Positions 1-9,831 of a stretch of 38,683 bases of DNA are shown here, one piece after another. Under the pieces are notes generated by a model, which did no database searches, was not told where the DNA came from, and saw only the letters and a list, made by a program, of their open reading frames with translations. How positions within the stretch are numbered: the first letter of the stretch is position 1; every line of letters starts with the position of its first letter. The stretch comes from a phage: NCBI GenBank assembly GCA_033178465.1, contig GCA_033178465.1_4726.3. One strand, written 5' to 3'. The position numbers were made by a program, and so were the translations under genes.

Positions 1-228
1 CACCTGTAACAGTTGTGTTATCTCCGGCTTGAAGTAATGCGCCAAACCTAACTGATCAGAATAAAACAGGCCACAATCAAAGATGGCCTGTAAAATAACA
101 TATTCAACCATCAGGTGACGCGCATCGGGGTCAGGGAATGGTGAACGTAAAGCGAGATCTAACACATCGACGATTGGGCCGACATAAATGGCGGCACGGT
201 ACTCACGAATAACACTGATGTTATCCAT
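1..228 (-). CDS. hypothetical protein, N-terminal part only (gene runs off the window start)
   Basis: Minus-strand ATG at 226-228 opens a frame (MDNISVIREYRAAIYVGPIVDVL...) that I translated by hand through about 40 codons without a stop (to ~109), and it appears open to position 1 by the same reading; lies 14 nt downstream of the stop of the 242..1066 gene. Confidence 0.4.
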   Translation of the reverse strand, partial: MDNISVIREYRAAIYVGPIVDVLDLALRSPFPDPDARHLMVEYVILQAIFDCGLFYSDQLGLAHYFKPEITQLLQV

Positions 229-241
229 GATAACCTATTCG

Positions 242-1066
242 TTAACTATCGCTTTCAGATGTATCAACGTAGTTGAAAATACGATCCCGTAAACACTCGT
301 AACGAGGCAATGCGCTAAGAATGATCATCTTCAACTGCATCGCGATCGATACGCGTTCTTCATCCGATGCATCATCTCCCCATTTACCCGGCTTAACCTG
401 AATGGGTTCGTGCGGATCCTGCGGGAATATAAAACTTAACAACAGATAATCCGTACGGAACTCCCATACTTCTCGACCGTCGTTATCGGTTTCCTTACGC
501 AACGTGAAGAGTTGACGTTCGGTGGTTGGATCCAGCATCAGCGGTCGGCCACGAACAATCTCCAGTTTACGTGGGCTGACGAACGTCGTACGTTCAGGAA
601 GGTATTTTTCAACATCATCCGTATCCAACAAGAACAAAATGATGTCGTCGAAATACTTCGGTGCGTACGTGTGTATCGGTTCGCCGTCGCTATACGAAGA
701 GATCTCTTGAAGTATTGGTGTCTTACACGAAAAGTTCTGGCACGAACCACGGGTGATCGGTAAGGTGGTCCATTGATGTTCTGTAGACAATTCAACAGGC
801 ACCAACGGATAATCATCGATGAAGACCACGCACGTTGTGCTAATGGGTATTCTTCCATCATTACCTGGTTCAAAAACCAAACGTATCTTACCGGTAATTA
901 ACGCCATCTCATCTGGCATTAAATGGCTTGCTGAACGAGCAAGTCTGAAACCGCTCGCCTGTTTATAAGGTTCGGGTTTATAGCCACGGACAATAAGAGA
1001 GACATCCGCAAGTTCAACACTCACGAACGCATCTTTGGTGTCTTCATTGTTCGTCGTTAACGTCAT
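242..1066 (-). CDS. hypothetical protein (274 aa)
   Basis: Long ORF with ATG start at 1064-1066 and GGAG about 10 nt upstream; overlaps the upstream gene by 23 nt. No recognisable motif. Confidence 0.6.
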   Translation of the reverse strand: MTLTTNNEDTKDAFVSVELADVSLIVRGYKPEPYKQASGFRLARSASHLMPDEMALITGKIRLVFEPGNDGRIPISTTCVVFIDDYPLVPVELSTEHQWTTLPITRGSCQNFSCKTPILQEISSYSDGEPIHTYAPKYFDDIILFLLDTDDVEKYLPERTTFVSPRKLEIVRGRPLMLDPTTERQLFTLRKETDNDGREVWEFRTDYLLLSFIFPQDPHEPIQVKPGKWGDDASDEERVSIAMQLKMIILSALPRYECLRDRIFNYVDTSESDS

Positions 1067-2081
1067 TGTTCATTTTCTCCATTGCAACAAATCGTTCAAG
1101 CTCGCGCAATAAACGCTCTTTTAAAGCAGGATCAACTTCCGGAGCATGTTTATCACGATACCACTCTGTCCCGTTGTGTTGCAGGCTAACATGCCATGTC
1201 CCTAACGGGCTTTCCTCCGCAGCAGCGATGAAATTCTTAACGCCGGTTTTGGTAGGATACTCCATGATAGGAACAGCCTGCTTCAGATCCATTACGGTAA
1301 GATCCTGGAAGTTGTGGTCCAGGAGCGTTAATGCACGTTTGTCGCGTAGCAGTAACCCGCAATCCAAGATGGTGAAATCAATACCCCAGAAACGTAACTT
1401 ACCTCCAACCCCAACAGGAGTGTGACCACGATAAACCGCGAGATAAATCTCACCTTTATCGGTTTCTTTGTTGTATCCAGCAATGAAAGCGGCTGTGATT
1501 AATGGTTGGTGTCCTTTCGCTAAGAAGACAGGGTGGTTATGATACAACCAGTCACTACGAATCAGATCGGTAACCTGACCTAAACGTGCTGTTGGTACCA
1601 TCACCGATCCCAGAGTTTCATCAACAGGAACCTGGTAATATTCAAACAAAACACCATCGATTTCTTCGGTAGCGTAAGGGGTACGTGCTGGATCGTTAAG
1701 GAGTTTGCGGAGTTTTGTGTCGATTTCGTTAACACGGCTACCCTGTTCTTTCTCGCGACTACCGATCACAAAAGCAACAAGATTGCGTACGCTAACAAAA
1801 ACATCATCTTTCTCGGTGTCGCTGAGATCAGCTTCATCAGGCATTGTTGTCCAATGTAACGGGCCTTCAACGACCTTAAGCCATCTATCTTCACGTCCCG
1901 GATAAACAAAAGGCTTATGTACAGGAACACTGGTATGCTGAACCCGTAATAACAGGCTACATAACGGTGGTAATGTTTTCTCCAGAGGAGGAACAATACC
2001 TGATGTAACGGAAATAACATAACGGTTAAGAACAAGAGAAGCTGAATAGGTGATGTTATCTAATCCTGGTAATTGATCCAT
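1044..2081 (-). CDS. hypothetical protein (345 aa)
   Basis: Long ORF, ATG at 2079-2081 preceded by AAGGA at a spacing of about 9 nt; first gene after a ~300-bp AT-rich intergenic region. Confidence 0.6.
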   Translation of the reverse strand: MDQLPGLDNITYSASLVLNRYVISVTSGIVPPLEKTLPPLCSLLLRVQHTSVPVHKPFVYPGREDRWLKVVEGPLHWTTMPDEADLSDTEKDDVFVSVRNLVAFVIGSREKEQGSRVNEIDTKLRKLLNDPARTPYATEEIDGVLFEYYQVPVDETLGSVMVPTARLGQVTDLIRSDWLYHNHPVFLAKGHQPLITAAFIAGYNKETDKGEIYLAVYRGHTPVGVGGKLRFWGIDFTILDCGLLLRDKRALTLLDHNFQDLTVMDLKQAVPIMEYPTKTGVKNFIAAAEESPLGTWHVSLQHNGTEWYRDKHAPEVDPALKERLLRELERFVAMEKMNNDVNDEQ

Positions 2082-2337
2082 GATAGAAATCCTTAGTATG
2101 TTTGATATGTTGTTTAATTGACATATTAAGTTTAAAAGAGGTTATGTTTTACGTAATGTTAATAACGTATTCTTATCTCTATTAAGTTATATTCTATCTA
2201 AAGATAGTAAACAGATATAATGCTCCCCACCTCCCCATTCTCCCAAGTAATACTGGCCTACCGGCCCTCTCCTTTTTTAAGGGAGAGAGTAAGCATTCAG
2301 TATTGCTCAAATGAATAAGCAAAACAGTATAAACTTA

Positions 2338-2361
2338 CCGTCTCGAGTTGTCTCGAGACGG
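2338..2361 (-). terminator. hairpin CCGTCTCGAG-TTGT-CTCGAGACGG, candidate terminator for the 117-aa gene
   Basis: Perfect 10-bp inverted repeat with 4-nt loop, 30 nt downstream of the minus-strand stop at 2391; followed on the minus strand by a T-rich stretch (TAAGTTTATACTGTTTTGCTTATTCATTTG). Confidence 0.4.
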
Positions 2362-2390
2362 CGTAGTAGTATCTGTTTATCTCTTTTATG

Positions 2391-2744
2391 CTAACAGCCT
2401 ATTTCTGCATGAACCTTTAACGATTCGAATACATCTTCCTTCTTTGTCATCGTCTTGTATAAACGTGATTGAGCAATGATCTTTATCCATTGTTGTGGAT
2501 CGCGTAAATTTACATTTTCAAAACGGGGTGGGGTATTATCTCCGTCGAGTCGGATATACCCTAAGAGCAATCCTTCATGGTCTCCTCGACGGATTTCGAT
2601 ATGCGGTTTGAGGAAGACACGATTGTCTGGTGGATACCAGCTTACGGTGTAGTAATGGTTTCCTGAAACAACGAATTCGTGAACGGTTTTTGTCTCATCG
2701 TCAATGACCGCATTTACGCTGGGAATCATTAATTTTTGAAGCAT
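2391..2744 (-). CDS. hypothetical protein (117 aa)
   Basis: ORF with ATG at 2742-2744 and GGAGG upstream; 16-nt overlap with the upstream gene. Confidence 0.55.
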   Translation of the reverse strand: MLQKLMIPSVNAVIDDETKTVHEFVVSGNHYYTVSWYPPDNRVFLKPHIEIRRGDHEGLLLGYIRLDGDNTPPRFENVNLRDPQQWIKIIAQSRLYKTMTKKEDVFESLKVHAEIGC

Positions 2745-3328
2745 GGGACATAAACCTCCATCAACATCGCATAAAGCGCACCAAGCCCATGCAGGACTTG
2801 GTTAGGTGCAAAGGTCGGAGTGTAACATACTTGTTCGGTTGGTGCTTGTTGGCGTAAGTCTAACGGATCTCCGTTGATAAGCATCTGCAGGAGATCAGCA
2901 TCATCTTGCAATGTGTCTTCATCGATGTACGCATCAACACAAAGCAGTCGGTGTAACTGTTCTGGTTTAATTGAAATACCTACAACCATGCAGTTATTGT
3001 AGGTGGCGTTGTCCAGAAAGAAGTGAATGACGCCCGCTTGAGGATCGCCACCGTAGTGAAGCCAACGCGTAAAACCAGCCGACATCATCCATAACGGGTT
3101 GTGTTGTAACGCACTGACGACACGGGTCTCGAAATCCAAACCAAACTTCTGGAAGATTGCACCCATCTGGAAACGATCTTCATCGAGACGGTAGCGGAAT
3201 ATACAGGCATCCGATCCCGTTGAGTTATCGTACACCGAAAGATACCCACGATGGATTTCCACGGTAACATTGTTGTCGTCAAGCGTAGCGCTCGCAACGC
3301 CGTTAGAAAAGGTTGGAACAAAGCTCAT
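2729..3328 (-). CDS. hypothetical protein (199 aa)
   Basis: ORF with ATG at 3326-3328, AAGGA 7 nt upstream; start overlaps the upstream stop as ATGA (translational coupling). Confidence 0.6.
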   Translation of the reverse strand: MSFVPTFSNGVASATLDDNNVTVEIHRGYLSVYDNSTGSDACIFRYRLDEDRFQMGAIFQKFGLDFETRVVSALQHNPLWMMSAGFTRWLHYGGDPQAGVIHFFLDNATYNNCMVVGISIKPEQLHRLLCVDAYIDEDTLQDDADLLQMLINGDPLDLRQQAPTEQVCYTPTFAPNQVLHGLGALYAMLMEVYVPCFKN

Positions 3329-3876
3329 CTTGTAATCCTTAATTTACCTGAATGAATTATCGTTGATGGGTCCACGACGCGACCGTATTTCGCGTTACGT
3401 AATACACGATGCCCAAAGAAGTCAGCGGTTTCCAAAACAACCGTATAACAACCCAGCTGATGTTGATGTCCCCAAAACCGTTCAATGGGAATCCAGCAGG
3501 GCGACATGCCTTTGTGTCGCCAATCCGTAACACAGCCGAATTCAGCAAACTGTTCAGTAAACCACTCGTCAATGTCGGTATCCGTAAAGAGAAACACGTG
3601 GTTTTTAACCAGATAAGCGAACCCAGGATAAAAAAGCTGAGGGTCATCTGGGTCACGTAGATAAACACGAAGTTTGTCGAGCGTACCCTCGATAACGATC
3701 GTATCGGGTAATCCTGGCGGCGTGAACCGAAGTTGGAAGTTATCCTCGTTTGCCGAGGCGTTAACCAAATACCCCAATTGAAGGGGCCGATGCAATTCGA
3801 AAAGGTTAAACGTTAATGCATATTCGATATACTCTAATCCTATATTCATGTCTGACCTATGTGGTATGGACGGCAT
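3325..3876 (-). CDS. hypothetical protein (183 aa)
   Basis: ORF with ATG at 3874-3876 and GGAAGG upstream; first gene of a minus-strand block, facing a divergent intergenic region. Confidence 0.6.
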   Translation of the reverse strand: MPSIPHRSDMNIGLEYIEYALTFNLFELHRPLQLGYLVNASANEDNFQLRFTPPGLPDTIVIEGTLDKLRVYLRDPDDPQLFYPGFAYLVKNHVFLFTDTDIDEWFTEQFAEFGCVTDWRHKGMSPCWIPIERFWGHQHQLGCYTVVLETADFFGHRVLRNAKYGRVVDPSTIIHSGKLRITR

Positions 3877-3987
3877 TGCATTGCCTTCCGCGAGTGTAAT
3901 CAGGAAGGTAATGTAGGTTTATTTTAATCTCCATTTCGCGATGATATGACAGTCTTTATTACGTTTACCATCTGAGGGAGCATGCTC

Positions 3988-5226
3988 ATGTCTTCTATTT
4001 TACAGGTGTTTAATGCGCATGCGGAAGGCATTGACATCGACGAGTATTTTGTTAATCAGGTTATCCGTTACGCGACACGCTTCCGTACGCAAGACCAAGA
4101 ACACATGCGTTTTTTCGGTGGGGTTCTGTTAGGTGTACAGAAAATCCGATTCACGACAAGACATAACGATACATGGTTTTCTGACGTCTTGATGATGGAT
4201 GAAGAAAGCTTACGACGCGATTTGAGTAAACTACCCTTCTACAATACGCAGACCAACCGTGTTGCCTCAAACGCCTTTAACCTAAGTTGCTGTTGGTTGC
4301 TTTATGCGATCTTCCACAGCAAACAAATCAAAAAAGAAAAGGTTCGTGAAGCCGGGATGCTTGCAGCAATGCAAGTCCTCCATTATAAATTCATTTGTGG
4401 TCTGGTAGCACGACGTTATCCTTATAACGCTGATCCGGCTATCGCTATTAAAGCGTACGATGAGTTAACCCTCAAATCAGGCATCAAGCGCATGAATAGC
4501 TGGAATGAGTACATCGACGAACGCTGTAATGCCATCATTGCGCGCAATAGCACGCATTTCAGTCGCTGGTCAACCCTGGAACCAGATAGTGTCGCCGAAC
4601 GTTTTGTACGTGATGTGAATACCGGAATCCGTAAGGTTATCAACCGTATCACCGATACGTACTACGCGATGTATGAAGAGGGTAAGAAGATCGGCACGTC
4701 TTCTCAAACCGTAGAATTAGACGATGGTCTCGCTGTCCGCGATATTAAACGCAACGAAACCACTTATCGTCAATATCTGTTCGAAATCGCTTATGACCGA
4801 ACGAGTTTCGTTAAACGCGAACTCATGGTCGTCATCCTTGACGTGCATCACACCACCAATCTTTTATCCCTTGAGCGAGCGTTAAGCTATATCAGCGCTA
4901 ACGTAGAACGACCGACAAGAGACGGAAAACAGGTCTCTCAGATGTTGCGGCTTGTAATGGAGCATGCTATCGAGTATATCATCTTGAATAAGGTCGATAT
5001 GCGCGATCTTACGTTCTTATTCTACATGCGTAACGTGTACACGTCTAACCGCACTAGCAACCCGAAACTGTTAGAACTGCGTAAAATTGGCTCTGAAGTC
5101 ATTAAGAAAGCAACCAACGCGAGAAATGACGCTGAAGCTGCAGCGACACGTACCGGTGTCTTTCTGTATATCCTGCTTCGTGTGTTTAGCCGTAACTATT
5201 ACGTTCGACGTGCGATGTCACGTTAA
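3988..5226 (+). CDS. hypothetical protein (412 aa), opposite-strand gene
   Basis: Long plus-strand ORF. The track start at 3982 is only 1 nt from the GAGGGAG Shine-Dalgarno at 3974-3980; the second ATG at 3988 has a 7-nt spacing and is preferred. Ends at TAA 5224-5226. Confidence 0.6.
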   Translation: MSSILQVFNAHAEGIDIDEYFVNQVIRYATRFRTQDQEHMRFFGGVLLGVQKIRFTTRHNDTWFSDVLMMDEESLRRDLSKLPFYNTQTNRVASNAFNLSCCWLLYAIFHSKQIKKEKVREAGMLAAMQVLHYKFICGLVARRYPYNADPAIAIKAYDELTLKSGIKRMNSWNEYIDERCNAIIARNSTHFSRWSTLEPDSVAERFVRDVNTGIRKVINRITDTYYAMYEEGKKIGTSSQTVELDDGLAVRDIKRNETTYRQYLFEIAYDRTSFVKRELMVVILDVHHTTNLLSLERALSYISANVERPTRDGKQVSQMLRLVMEHAIEYIILNKVDMRDLTFLFYMRNVYTSNRTSNPKLLELRKIGSEVIKKATNARNDAEAAATRTGVFLYILLRVFSRNYYVRRAMSR

Positions 5227-5378
5227 CAATGTAACGGTAAAACTTTACTGACGTTGGTTATTATTTGAAGCATAGGGCTTCACCCAGGAGTACCATCCCT
5301 TTAAGTCGTTTGTCCTCTCCTGGTTAACTGTCGTTCTCTCACAGTGCTCGACAGACCAAAAATGCTCAGGCCTCATAG

Positions 5379-5407
5379 CCTCCTCTGGGAATGGAACCCA
5401 GAGGAGG
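5379..5407. terminator. bidirectional hairpin CCTCCTCTGGG-AATGGAA-CCCAGAGGAGG between convergent genes
   Basis: Perfect 11-bp stem with 7-nt loop, placed between the plus-strand gene ending at 5226 and the minus-strand gene ending at 5420. Confidence 0.5.
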
Positions 5408-5419
5408 ACTATGTTTGCC

Positions 5420-5728
5420 TTAAAATTCAATGCGGCCTTTTGTTGTAAACAATACACCTCTTTGCCAACAGAAAAGATCCTCCGATTGAGCGCAAACACG
5501 AATACCCGCATCGAATAGATGTTTTGTTCTAGCGCTTAAACAATCTGGATCTTCTATATACAACAGAAGACGCTGGCATTTATTTTGAATACGTTCGACA
5601 AGGATGTTCTTATCGCTTAAAATAAAATGCGCGTTATCTGTTAAGTTGTCGTCGGTTTCCAGCTGCCCGACAAGTTTGATTAAAATACGTAATTGCTCAA
5701 GTGTGTCATGATCAAGTGAATCGGCCAT
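5420..5728 (-). CDS. hypothetical small acidic protein (102 aa)
   Basis: The track ORF starts at TTG 5740; the in-frame ATG at 5726-5728 (MADSLDHD...) has TGAGGT 5 nt upstream and is preferred. Lies immediately downstream of the terminase gene. Confidence 0.5.
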   Translation of the reverse strand: MADSLDHDTLEQLRILIKLVGQLETDDNLTDNAHFILSDKNILVERIQNKCQRLLLYIEDPDCLSARTKHLFDAGIRVCAQSEDLFCWQRGVLFTTKGRIEF

Positions 5729-5775
5729 TGCGTACCTCAACGTTATACGTCGTTTGTATTATAATACGCTATCGT

Positions 5776-5799
5776 CTCCCCGCCTGTATTAACGGGGAG
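5776..5799 (-). terminator. intercistronic hairpin CTCCCCG-(10 nt)-CGGGGAG downstream of the terminase gene
   Basis: Perfect 7-bp stem, 10-nt loop, 15 nt past the terminase stop (5814); followed by the 12-bp palindrome GTATTATAATAC (5756..5767). No clear U-tract. Confidence 0.3.
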
Positions 5800-5813
5800 T
5801 CTGCAAACTACTC

Positions 5814-8045
5814 TTAGAAAAAACCGCCCGGACGGTATTGACCCATCGTCATCCACGCATTACGAGAAATATTCCGTTCATTCGAAGAGCGGCTTATTTG
5901 ACGATAAGTATTCGCTCGTTCCTCCCTTGCTTTCGTGATCATCGCATCAATAGAAACAGCCGCTGAATCTTCCCCACGTATTTTTCCTTTATACGTAAGA
6001 AGCTCTGCCTCCAATCGATCCAAGATAAGGCCGTTGGTTTCGGTCTTAAGCAACTCATAGATTTCAGCAACACGTTGACGAAGCTTCGCCTGCTGTTGGT
6101 TAAGATACGCTTCATACGGATCGATTTCACCCGTCACAGATGCCGGTAAACGACTCATGACTTTAAGTGGATCGATACCGTAATGGATCTGTTTCTTAGC
6201 ACGCTTGATGAACCACATCGCTAACATCCATGCGAACGTCATGTCATCGTGCATTCCATCCTGGTGGTCGACACGCCCATCTTTGATAACCAATCCAAGG
6301 ATCTCGGAACACAACATCTTATCACGTAATTGCCCGCGGGTTTCTACAATACCTTCCATCAAGATGTCGGAATACAACTCCATACGTTTGCGTGCATCCG
6401 TTGTGAAACCCAAATGCCGTTTACGTTGAGCGTACCAACTTTCATCACGCATGCTCAATGGTAATTTCAGGTCTTCGAACATCGCTGGATTATCAGCATG
6501 CCTGTCTACAATCGTGTTGTATACGCGTTTGAACACGTCGATGCCCGCTTGCCGCAAGAACTCTTCAATTGCGTCTAACAGCATGATTGCACTGCTTTTA
6601 CGTTCAGGAATCAACGTAACGTTCTTAAAACGCATCATGAAGTTGGCCATCCAACGAGCAAAAGAAAGCAGGCTCAGTTTATTAAAACGTCCCGTCGCGA
6701 CAACTTCTGCTGTTTCCACATCCACCATCACCAAACCGATAGCGTCACGACCGATCGCGTCACTGGTGTCTAAACCAGCAACCACCTTATTGTTCTGCAT
6801 GTATGTCTCGATTTGACCTCGAGGTATATACCAGTTAATGCAGTAGCCTTCAGGTGAGATCTCGATATGGTCGATTTCACGTTGTCCTGCCATGATCATC
6901 TCAACCATCTCAGCGGTTAACGGGCTTTCTGCTGAACCGTTGGTCCAAATGTTCATGTAGTCACGGTCTTTCTGAAGCTTATCACCTTCCGTTTCGTTCA
7001 TGGTTTTTGCTAACCATTCATCACTGAAGCCCAACTGAGCATGGTTCCATTGTGCCCCGATCCTGACGGTCGCTTTGCTGAGCTCGCACGGTACGTTGTT
7101 CAATACCGTCTGATGGAGATGCTTTTCATTACGGCAGTCAAAGAAACTTTCAGAGAACGGCGCTGAACGCATGAAAACTTCATAAGCCCATTTGCCTTCG
7201 CGTTTATCCAACTCACCTGCCGTTGTCGTATAGATGATACTTGTCAGGTCGCCGTTGCTTAATGCTTCATCGCGTGCCGCACCCATCGCACCGATACCAG
7301 CAGGAACAATGATTTCGATGTATTTCGTAAACGCGGTTTCGTCGCTATGGAATAGCGGGGTTGTTAGACCACGACCGATGTTCGTTGCTTGTTTCTTATC
7401 CGAACGTGGAATCTTTACCGACAGCTTGTTCTTGAAACGCGTGTAGGTCACGTTCTCTTTGTTCGATGAATCTCGACTATCCAGTGTCCAGAGATACGCA
7501 GGCAACAGATCGCGTATACTACGCACGTCTTCTACCGTTTTCGTACGGGCATCACCGTCTTTTGTTAACTGAATAACCTCGGTGTTTCGACTACGAACAT
7601 AGGTTAGATAACAAAACAATCCTAACATGGTCATGGATTTACCGGTCTGACGTATCTGTATCTGATACCAGTTCGTTCGGGTAAATATCCCCCAGAGCAT
7701 CGGAATGTTACCGCGGTTAGCACGGAATGAAATTTTGTTATCACCCGCTTTAGCCGGAACGCGCATCACTTCACGGAAGAAGTACCATGGATTAAGATAG
7801 CATTCCGCACTGATCATCTGAATCTGTTCTGACGTCAAATTCGGTGCGTGGGGATCAACACCAATCAATCTTGGGTTTAATAACGCCATGAAAAACGCAG
7901 AGTTCCGGACACCGAATTCACGACGATACAAGATCGCTAAATCACGCCAACTTGTGTTTGTTGTTTCCCAGTGTGGAACAGCCTGAGGAAAATAATCCCA
8001 ATCTTCCTCAAACAAGATGATTTTCTTCGGATCGACAATCGACAT
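5814..8045 (-). CDS. terL: terminase large subunit (743 aa)
   Basis: P-loop-like IRQTGKSMT near residue 125 (ATPase Walker A) and Asp-rich nuclease-type motifs in the C-terminal half (GLDTSDAIGRDAIGLVMVD, HQDGMHDDMTFAWMLA); size typical of TerL. ATG at 8043-8045 with GGAGGAG upstream. Confidence 0.75.
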   Translation of the reverse strand: MSIVDPKKIILFEEDWDYFPQAVPHWETTNTSWRDLAILYRREFGVRNSAFFMALLNPRLIGVDPHAPNLTSEQIQMISAECYLNPWYFFREVMRVPAKAGDNKISFRANRGNIPMLWGIFTRTNWYQIQIRQTGKSMTMLGLFCYLTYVRSRNTEVIQLTKDGDARTKTVEDVRSIRDLLPAYLWTLDSRDSSNKENVTYTRFKNKLSVKIPRSDKKQATNIGRGLTTPLFHSDETAFTKYIEIIVPAGIGAMGAARDEALSNGDLTSIIYTTTAGELDKREGKWAYEVFMRSAPFSESFFDCRNEKHLHQTVLNNVPCELSKATVRIGAQWNHAQLGFSDEWLAKTMNETEGDKLQKDRDYMNIWTNGSAESPLTAEMVEMIMAGQREIDHIEISPEGYCINWYIPRGQIETYMQNNKVVAGLDTSDAIGRDAIGLVMVDVETAEVVATGRFNKLSLLSFARWMANFMMRFKNVTLIPERKSSAIMLLDAIEEFLRQAGIDVFKRVYNTIVDRHADNPAMFEDLKLPLSMRDESWYAQRKRHLGFTTDARKRMELYSDILMEGIVETRGQLRDKMLCSEILGLVIKDGRVDHQDGMHDDMTFAWMLAMWFIKRAKKQIHYGIDPLKVMSRLPASVTGEIDPYEAYLNQQQAKLRQRVAEIYELLKTETNGLILDRLEAELLTYKGKIRGEDSAAVSIDAMITKAREERANTYRQISRSSNERNISRNAWMTMGQYRPGGFF

Positions 8046-8056
8046 ATAAACTCCTC

Positions 8057-8085
8057 CGATGGAGGGTGCCGAGCACCCTCCATCG
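8057..8085 (-). promoter_or_regulatory. 13-bp perfect-stem hairpin immediately 5' of the terminase Shine-Dalgarno
   Basis: CGATGGAGGGTGC-CGA-GCACCCTCCATCG. On the minus-strand mRNA the order is stop(UAA)-10 nt-hairpin-GAGGAGUUUAU-AUG(terL). Confidence 0.45.
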
Positions 8086-8095
8086 TTGTATTACT

Positions 8096-9829
8096 TTATG
8101 CGACTTTACTAATAACGACTGCTGTGATACCGAGATGTAGGTCGACGCCATTCTGTACTTTAATCCAGCGGATATACAGGTTAGCGTTATCCTGTCCCGT
8201 ACCACCTGGGACGTTATTGTTCCTATTCCATTGCGAGATTTCGAAACGTTTCTGCACGTTAGGACCAACCATGATTTCAAAGTGAGTCGGTTCTGGCGCT
8301 TTCGATTCCGTCTTCTCAAGATAGAGCGGATGCGTCGGGTAGTAAAGTTGATTCAACCATTCACCCAGATCTGAGTGTTTGTTCGTCAAGTCAACATACG
8401 CGTTACCAGCAACATCGTAAGTAAACAACGCTTTCGTGTTACGGCCGTACACATCCGTTGTCGTCGGCGTTGTTTGCGAGCTGAACGTTACTGTCCAGTA
8501 ATCACCGGATGTTGCCGAACCTGCTTGCAGTAACGTCATTCGAATAGTCTGCGTATGACGTACGCGTTTGTAAACAGTAGGATCGACTTCATCTAACCAG
8601 ATGTTGTACGCAAATTCCTGAGGTTGTCCGTATTTCTTCGGATTAAACTCAGGGCTGTTCAGCGCCAATTGTACTTTATCGGTTACGTTGTAGTATCGTT
8701 CACGGTCAACGTTATACAACCAGAATACTAACTCGTATCCCACCGCATCAGATACCCATTGTGGATAGCAGAACAGTTTAACACTGTAAGCCCCTTTCGC
8801 TTCTTTAGAGACAACGGTATACGGGACACTAATATGTTTCACTGCTCCAGGTAACGCGTAGGACGTGTCCTCATCGTCGTCCAGGTAGTAGTGTAACGCC
8901 AGCGGGTGTTTGCTGTTGATGACCTGGGACGTGAAGACGTTAAGGCCGTCCAACACAACCTTGTTACCAGTAACCGGCCAATGTTTAATGGAACCATCAC
9001 TGTAGGTGACTTCAGCCTGAAGGTCGACGGAGTCCAGGTTGACGTTGATTGGTAACTCAAGCAGTTTGGTATCGCTGCTGCTCAGCCATGTTGATCTCAG
9101 TCGTACCCCGTCTTCCAGAATATATTTAATACCCTGGTCTGGGGTGCGTACATAGTCAGTGATACGAACAATCATACGTTTCATTGATAGCGGCTGTGGC
9201 CCATCACCATAACCTACTACCATCACCTGCTCAAAATCTTCGACAGGCTTGATGCAGTAACCTTCGCGGGGTGCCCAGATGGCTTTATTCGTTCCGTCTT
9301 TGTATGCGATAAGCTGACACGGAATGAAATCGCTGATCTTATTCCCGCTGTTGTCATACATCGCACTGATGATTTCGCCTTTAGCGCTGATGTCGGAACC
9401 GCGGAACACTGCGATACGTCGAATATCCGAGCCATGCAGATGGAAACGACGATCGATGTTCATTGTAGCAGGGATCGTGTTCGTATTAATCAATACACGC
9501 CATGTATCGTACGACCACGTCGGGTCAATACCTTCAAAGGTTGTCGTCCCATCGCCCTGACCATCGAACGGAGCAGACAGCTGACCGATAAGTTTAAGGG
9601 TACTTAGTTTAGTGCGATCGTCTACGGCGATAACACGGTACACCGCATTCGTATCCCAGTCTTCAACTTTATCGTCCACGTTGGGAACGTAAAGTTTCCA
9701 GTCTTCTTCAACGCCATTATAGATCTCTTTATACGCATAGGTGGTATAGCGTCTGTCGAGATCCTGAATAGCGAGTTTATCCGGATGCTGTTGTGCGTAA
9801 AGCACCGGATTGGTAATCTCTCTTCCCAT
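8096..9829 (-). CDS. hypothetical protein, probable virion structural protein (577 aa)
   Basis: The track start is GTG at 9835; the ATG at 9827-9829 (MGREITNP...) follows GGTGAG and sits 2 nt after the upstream TGA stop. Large protein in a late/structural-looking block; no motif recognised. Confidence 0.55.
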   Translation of the reverse strand: MGREITNPVLYAQQHPDKLAIQDLDRRYTTYAYKEIYNGVEEDWKLYVPNVDDKVEDWDTNAVYRVIAVDDRTKLSTLKLIGQLSAPFDGQGDGTTTFEGIDPTWSYDTWRVLINTNTIPATMNIDRRFHLHGSDIRRIAVFRGSDISAKGEIISAMYDNSGNKISDFIPCQLIAYKDGTNKAIWAPREGYCIKPVEDFEQVMVVGYGDGPQPLSMKRMIVRITDYVRTPDQGIKYILEDGVRLRSTWLSSSDTKLLELPINVNLDSVDLQAEVTYSDGSIKHWPVTGNKVVLDGLNVFTSQVINSKHPLALHYYLDDDEDTSYALPGAVKHISVPYTVVSKEAKGAYSVKLFCYPQWVSDAVGYELVFWLYNVDRERYYNVTDKVQLALNSPEFNPKKYGQPQEFAYNIWLDEVDPTVYKRVRHTQTIRMTLLQAGSATSGDYWTVTFSSQTTPTTTDVYGRNTKALFTYDVAGNAYVDLTNKHSDLGEWLNQLYYPTHPLYLEKTESKAPEPTHFEIMVGPNVQKRFEISQWNRNNNVPGGTGQDNANLYIRWIKVQNGVDLHLGITAVVISKVA

Positions 9830-9831
9830 TA

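Noticed and set aside
2263-2290. Weak hairpin CTCTCC-(loop)-GGAGAG in the AT-rich intergenic region
   Set aside because: Only a 6-bp stem with a 9-nt loop and no clear transcript context; too weak to call a feature.
2082-2390. sigma70-type promoter calls (TTGACA at about 2117, TATAAT at about 2216) in the AT-rich intergenic region
   Set aside because: Hexamers occur but without proper spacing or partner elements, and a phage encoding its own RNAP is unlikely to rely on them. Kept only as an AT-rich control region.
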